A stretch of DNA of 64,000 nucleotides from Narcine bancroftii (Eukaryota), in contig NC_091471.1 of NCBI RefSeq assembly GCF_036971445.1, forward strand, positions 127,100,001 through 127,164,000, given 5' to 3'. Below the pieces are notes generated by a model. It worked only from the letters and a program-made list of their open reading frames with translations, had not been told where the DNA came from and searched no databases. Below, piece by piece: positions 60,700 through 64,000 of the stretch (its first letter is position 1; every line of letters starts with the position of its first letter). Position numbers and translations under genes: made by a program.

Positions 60700-62060
60700 A
60701 GTTTGATGCTTTGGCAGATAATAGGTAGACTATTTGACCTATCAAGTCTGCTCTGCTTTTCCATCAAGAGTTCTCCCGCTCAGCCCCACACTCCTATCTT
60801 CGATATTCTGATCATTCAGATACCTATCAATACACCCAATGACCTGTCCTCCACAGCTGCCCATGGTAGGAAATTAGAGGATCACCACTCTATGGCTAAA
60901 GAAATTCCTTCGTATCTCTGTTTTAAATGGTTGTGCCCTCTTGTCCTGAACTCCCCTACCATGGGAAACAACTTTGTCATTTCTACTCTGTCCAGACCTT
61001 TCAACATTTGAAATGCTTCTAAGGTCCCCCTCATTCTTTTGAACTCCAAAGAGTGCAGACCAAAAGTTGTGAAACATTCCTCATATGCTAATCTCTTTAT
61101 TCCAGGAATTATTCTTGTGAATCATGTCTGAACTCCATACACTTTGCAAGAAAAGAAATAAATGGGCAGTCTATTTTTTTTTAATTGGGAGAAAATTGAA
61201 AATATCTATATGCAAAGGGGCATGGGAGTCCTCGTGCAGGATGGCCTGAAGGTAAATTTGCATGTTGAGTTGGTGGTGAAAGCCAGTGCAATCCTGGTAT
61301 TCATTTCAAGAGGAATAGAATACAAGAGAAGGGATGCGTTATTGAGGCTTCATAAGGCACTGGTAAGATCTCAGTTGGATAAATGTGAGCAGTTTTAGGC
61401 ACCTCATTTAAGAAAGGATGTGCAAACATTGGAGAGAGTTCAGAGGAGGTTCACAAGGATGATTCTGGGAATGAAAGGGTTATATGAGGAGCATTTGACA
61501 CGTCTTGCCCTTTTCTCATTGGAACTTAGGAGAATTGGCGGGGGGCGGGGGGGGGAGGGGTGGGGAATCTCATTGTCCATGCATTTCAACATTCAAATTA
61601 TTTCCGAGTAGATGTTGAAAGGTTGTTTCCCATAGTGGGAGAGTCTAGGACAAGAGGGCACAAATTCAGGATGGAAGGGTGTCTGCAGAACAGATGTGTA
61701 GGAATTTCTTCCATTGAATTGTAAATTTGTGGAATTTGTTGCCACAGACACTTGTGGAGGCCTGGTCATTAGGTGTATTTAATGCAGAGATTGATGGGTT
61801 CCTGATTAACCAGGACATCAAATGAGGTGGGTGGGTGGGTGAGGGGAGGAACAGGATAGTGTGGGTGGCTGACTGGAAAATGAATTGGCTCATAATTGAA
61901 AGGTGGGCAGACTTAATGGGCTGAATAGCCTATTTCTGCTCTGGTCTTGTGGTCAATTCTTGCAGATGCTTTCTTAAATAAGGAGCCCAAAACTATTCTT
62001 GGTACTCCAGATGAGGCCTCTCCAGTGTCTTGTAAAGCCTCAACATTACATTCCTGCTCT
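60700..62060. mobile_element. Nested CR1 fragments (- strand 60700-61140 and 61935-62060; + strand 61150-61935)
   Basis: CR1 C-terminal motifs on both strands (LERVQRRFTRMI and EIRRNFFSHRVV). Confidence 0.72.
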
Positions 62061-63789
62061 TAAGCTTCCTACCCAAGTTCCTCTTTCAAAGACCTGAAGG
62101 GATTCTCATCATAATTTCCTTGAAACCTATCTGCCAGTTTTACCAAATCTGCTGAGTTGTAATCTCTTTGAATGATGTTTACTCACTTTCCAATGGAACA
62201 GGATTTCTTAATTTAATATTTCTGCTAATCTGCATGGTTCTGGGAGTAGCAGAAGAGAAGAATGTTGTGGCTAACAGGAGTTTGAACTTTATTGGATGAG
62301 AAGGCAAGCCAACAAGTACAAATGTGATGGTTGAACAAGGCTGGTTTAGACTTCTTATCGGAGAACTTTGCATGAGCTCGAGATTATTTTGGGTAGACAA
62401 TGACAGATCAGCCAGAGGAGTATTGAACTTAACACATCTGGAAGAAAATCCAATAACAAAGGAATGGAGAAGGGTTTCAACAATTATGGCCTGAAACTGA
62501 AATAGAGGTTGAAGTGGAATGAGTTTGGAAGTGCATTGATTGATGCCAGTGACATGAATGCACTTTCTTCATCTGTGCTATTTAGATAGGTTTATTTATT
62601 TACTTTAAAAATGGAAGTCTAAGCTAACTTGATTGTAGAAATAAAATATTCCCAAATGCAATGGGATACAATGGACATTATTTTGCTGGTTACTTTCTTG
62701 TTGACCAGAAGTATGGTCAGAATTTAAAAAGTTCTTTCATTTTAATTTGAGGAAGTCAATATAACTAGAAAGTTGATACAAAGCCCTGTTGATAAATGGG
62801 GCAAGTAATACTGGCTCAAAAAAATCTTTTTTGAGAGGTGCAACCCTGTTTGCTAATATTTGACATGAGAGGGCAAAACAAAACTAGCAGGAATTAATTT
62901 GGAAGATTGTATTTGGGCTTGATGGATTCACTAATGCCTCATTTATTGAGAATATTGTTCTGGACAGTACTTTTCATAAAAGGAATATTTCCGATTGCAA
63001 TGTCTTTCACCTCAGCAAAAATAGTTTAAAACTAAACTTGGAATTAGCATGTCTCTGAAGATTATAATTAACAAGTGAAGCTGCTTTATTCTTAAAGTAA
63101 GGTACTGAAGATCTTTTGGTAATCATTCTTGCTATTTATTTTTAATGCTTTTGAGCATCTGTTTGTTCATTTCCTACTTCCTTTTATTTGCTTTTTAGGT
63201 CTGTGATTTTTAAAAAAAAATTATTCCTGGCTGCTTTTTAGCAGCTGTGTAGAATTTGCAGTCTATTTCACATTCCATGTGCCACTGAACCACTTGAGGT
63301 CAAATTTATTTAATTTCTGATTGGTGATCCTTTTAATGTATTGGGTGCACATTGATAAGTTCATTTCTTGTCTTCTGTTCTGATGAAAAGGATATGAAAA
63401 GGGTTGTTCAGGCTAATGATGGTTTGGTTAATTCATTAGTGAACAACAAACATTGATCTTGCAAATATTTTTGATTTATTAATATCTGCAATTTATAGTT
63501 TCTTTGGCAGAAGTGAAATTCCAATTTGTGTAATGGGGCAGCAAAAAAAAAAGCACATTGGCTAATGCCTTGTGAGACCTGTAACTATTCTTGAATGTTG
63601 TTGACTTAAACATTCAGACATAATAATTTTGGTCTGTATACTTGGAGTTAAAATACTCCAACTGGTATTCAACTCTCATGAGCCAAGTATGTTTTCAGTT
63701 TTGCAATCCTCTTCCAACTTGGGCAGCAGCCACACCATCTTCTCAGCATTTTAAAAGAAAGATGCAAATAATTTTTACAAAGTAGTGAG

Positions 63790-64000
63790 AGGTAAATCAT
63801 GAAATGTAAACTGTTTGGGTCGGTAGCAGAATGTCGAGTATCATCACGCTGAGCACTGGCATACCTCGGGTATATACTCAGCCTACTTCTGTTCATGCTA
63901 CTGACCCATGATTGAATCGCCAGATCGAGCTCCAACAGTGTTATCAAGTTTGCAGATGGCACAACAGTAGTTGGCGTCACCAACAACAGCTACACTATAG
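63790..64000 (+). mobile_element. Rex1/Babar LINE RT fragment (runs off the window)
   Basis: TLSTG.P..ILSLLLFMLLTHD and VIKFADGTTVVG motifs. Confidence 0.7.

Noticed and set aside
63180-63300. Second exon of the + strand gene (acceptor ttgctttttAG near 63198)
   Set aside because: The acceptor is plausible, but there is no convincing donor or coding frame.
1-64000. CRISPR arrays, operons, prokaryotic defence or retron systems
   Set aside because: No regularly spaced repeat-spacer array was seen. All RT motifs belong to eukaryotic LINE or LTR elements, and the DNA is intron-like vertebrate sequence.

Overview
Eukaryotic, AT-rich, repeat-dense vertebrate genomic DNA. It is most likely from a cartilaginous fish, inferred from the HE1/V-SINE-like SINEs and CR1 LINEs with (TTCTATG)n tails. 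No prokaryotic operons, CRISPR arrays, rRNA genes or intact tRNA genes were seen, and most ORFs in the track are transposon fragments or noise. Main contents: (1) a decayed class III (ERV-L-like) endogenous retrovirus at 1050-7508 with a 5-bp TSD, inserted in a Rex1/Babar LINE; (2) a full-length CsRn1-clade Ty3/gypsy element at 35516-39850 with a tRNA-Trp PBS, a 4-bp TSD and a still-visible -1 frameshift slippery site plus pseudoknot; (3) six copies of a young RTE LINE, two with twin-priming-type 5' inversions; (4) many CR1, Rex1, L1, SINE, MITE and solo-LTR remnants; (5) a CpG island near 45.25-46.25 kb that looks like a bidirectional promoter, with a + strand first exon and a chain of small - strand exons; (6) a TE-free, roughly 2.2-kb decayed reading frame at 47169-49368 (-) resembling CCDC87; (7) a 167-bp near-perfect inverted duplication of unique DNA that brackets one of the small exons. 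Family assignments come from recalled motifs, not database searches. I found no convincing evidence of a wholly new biological system.
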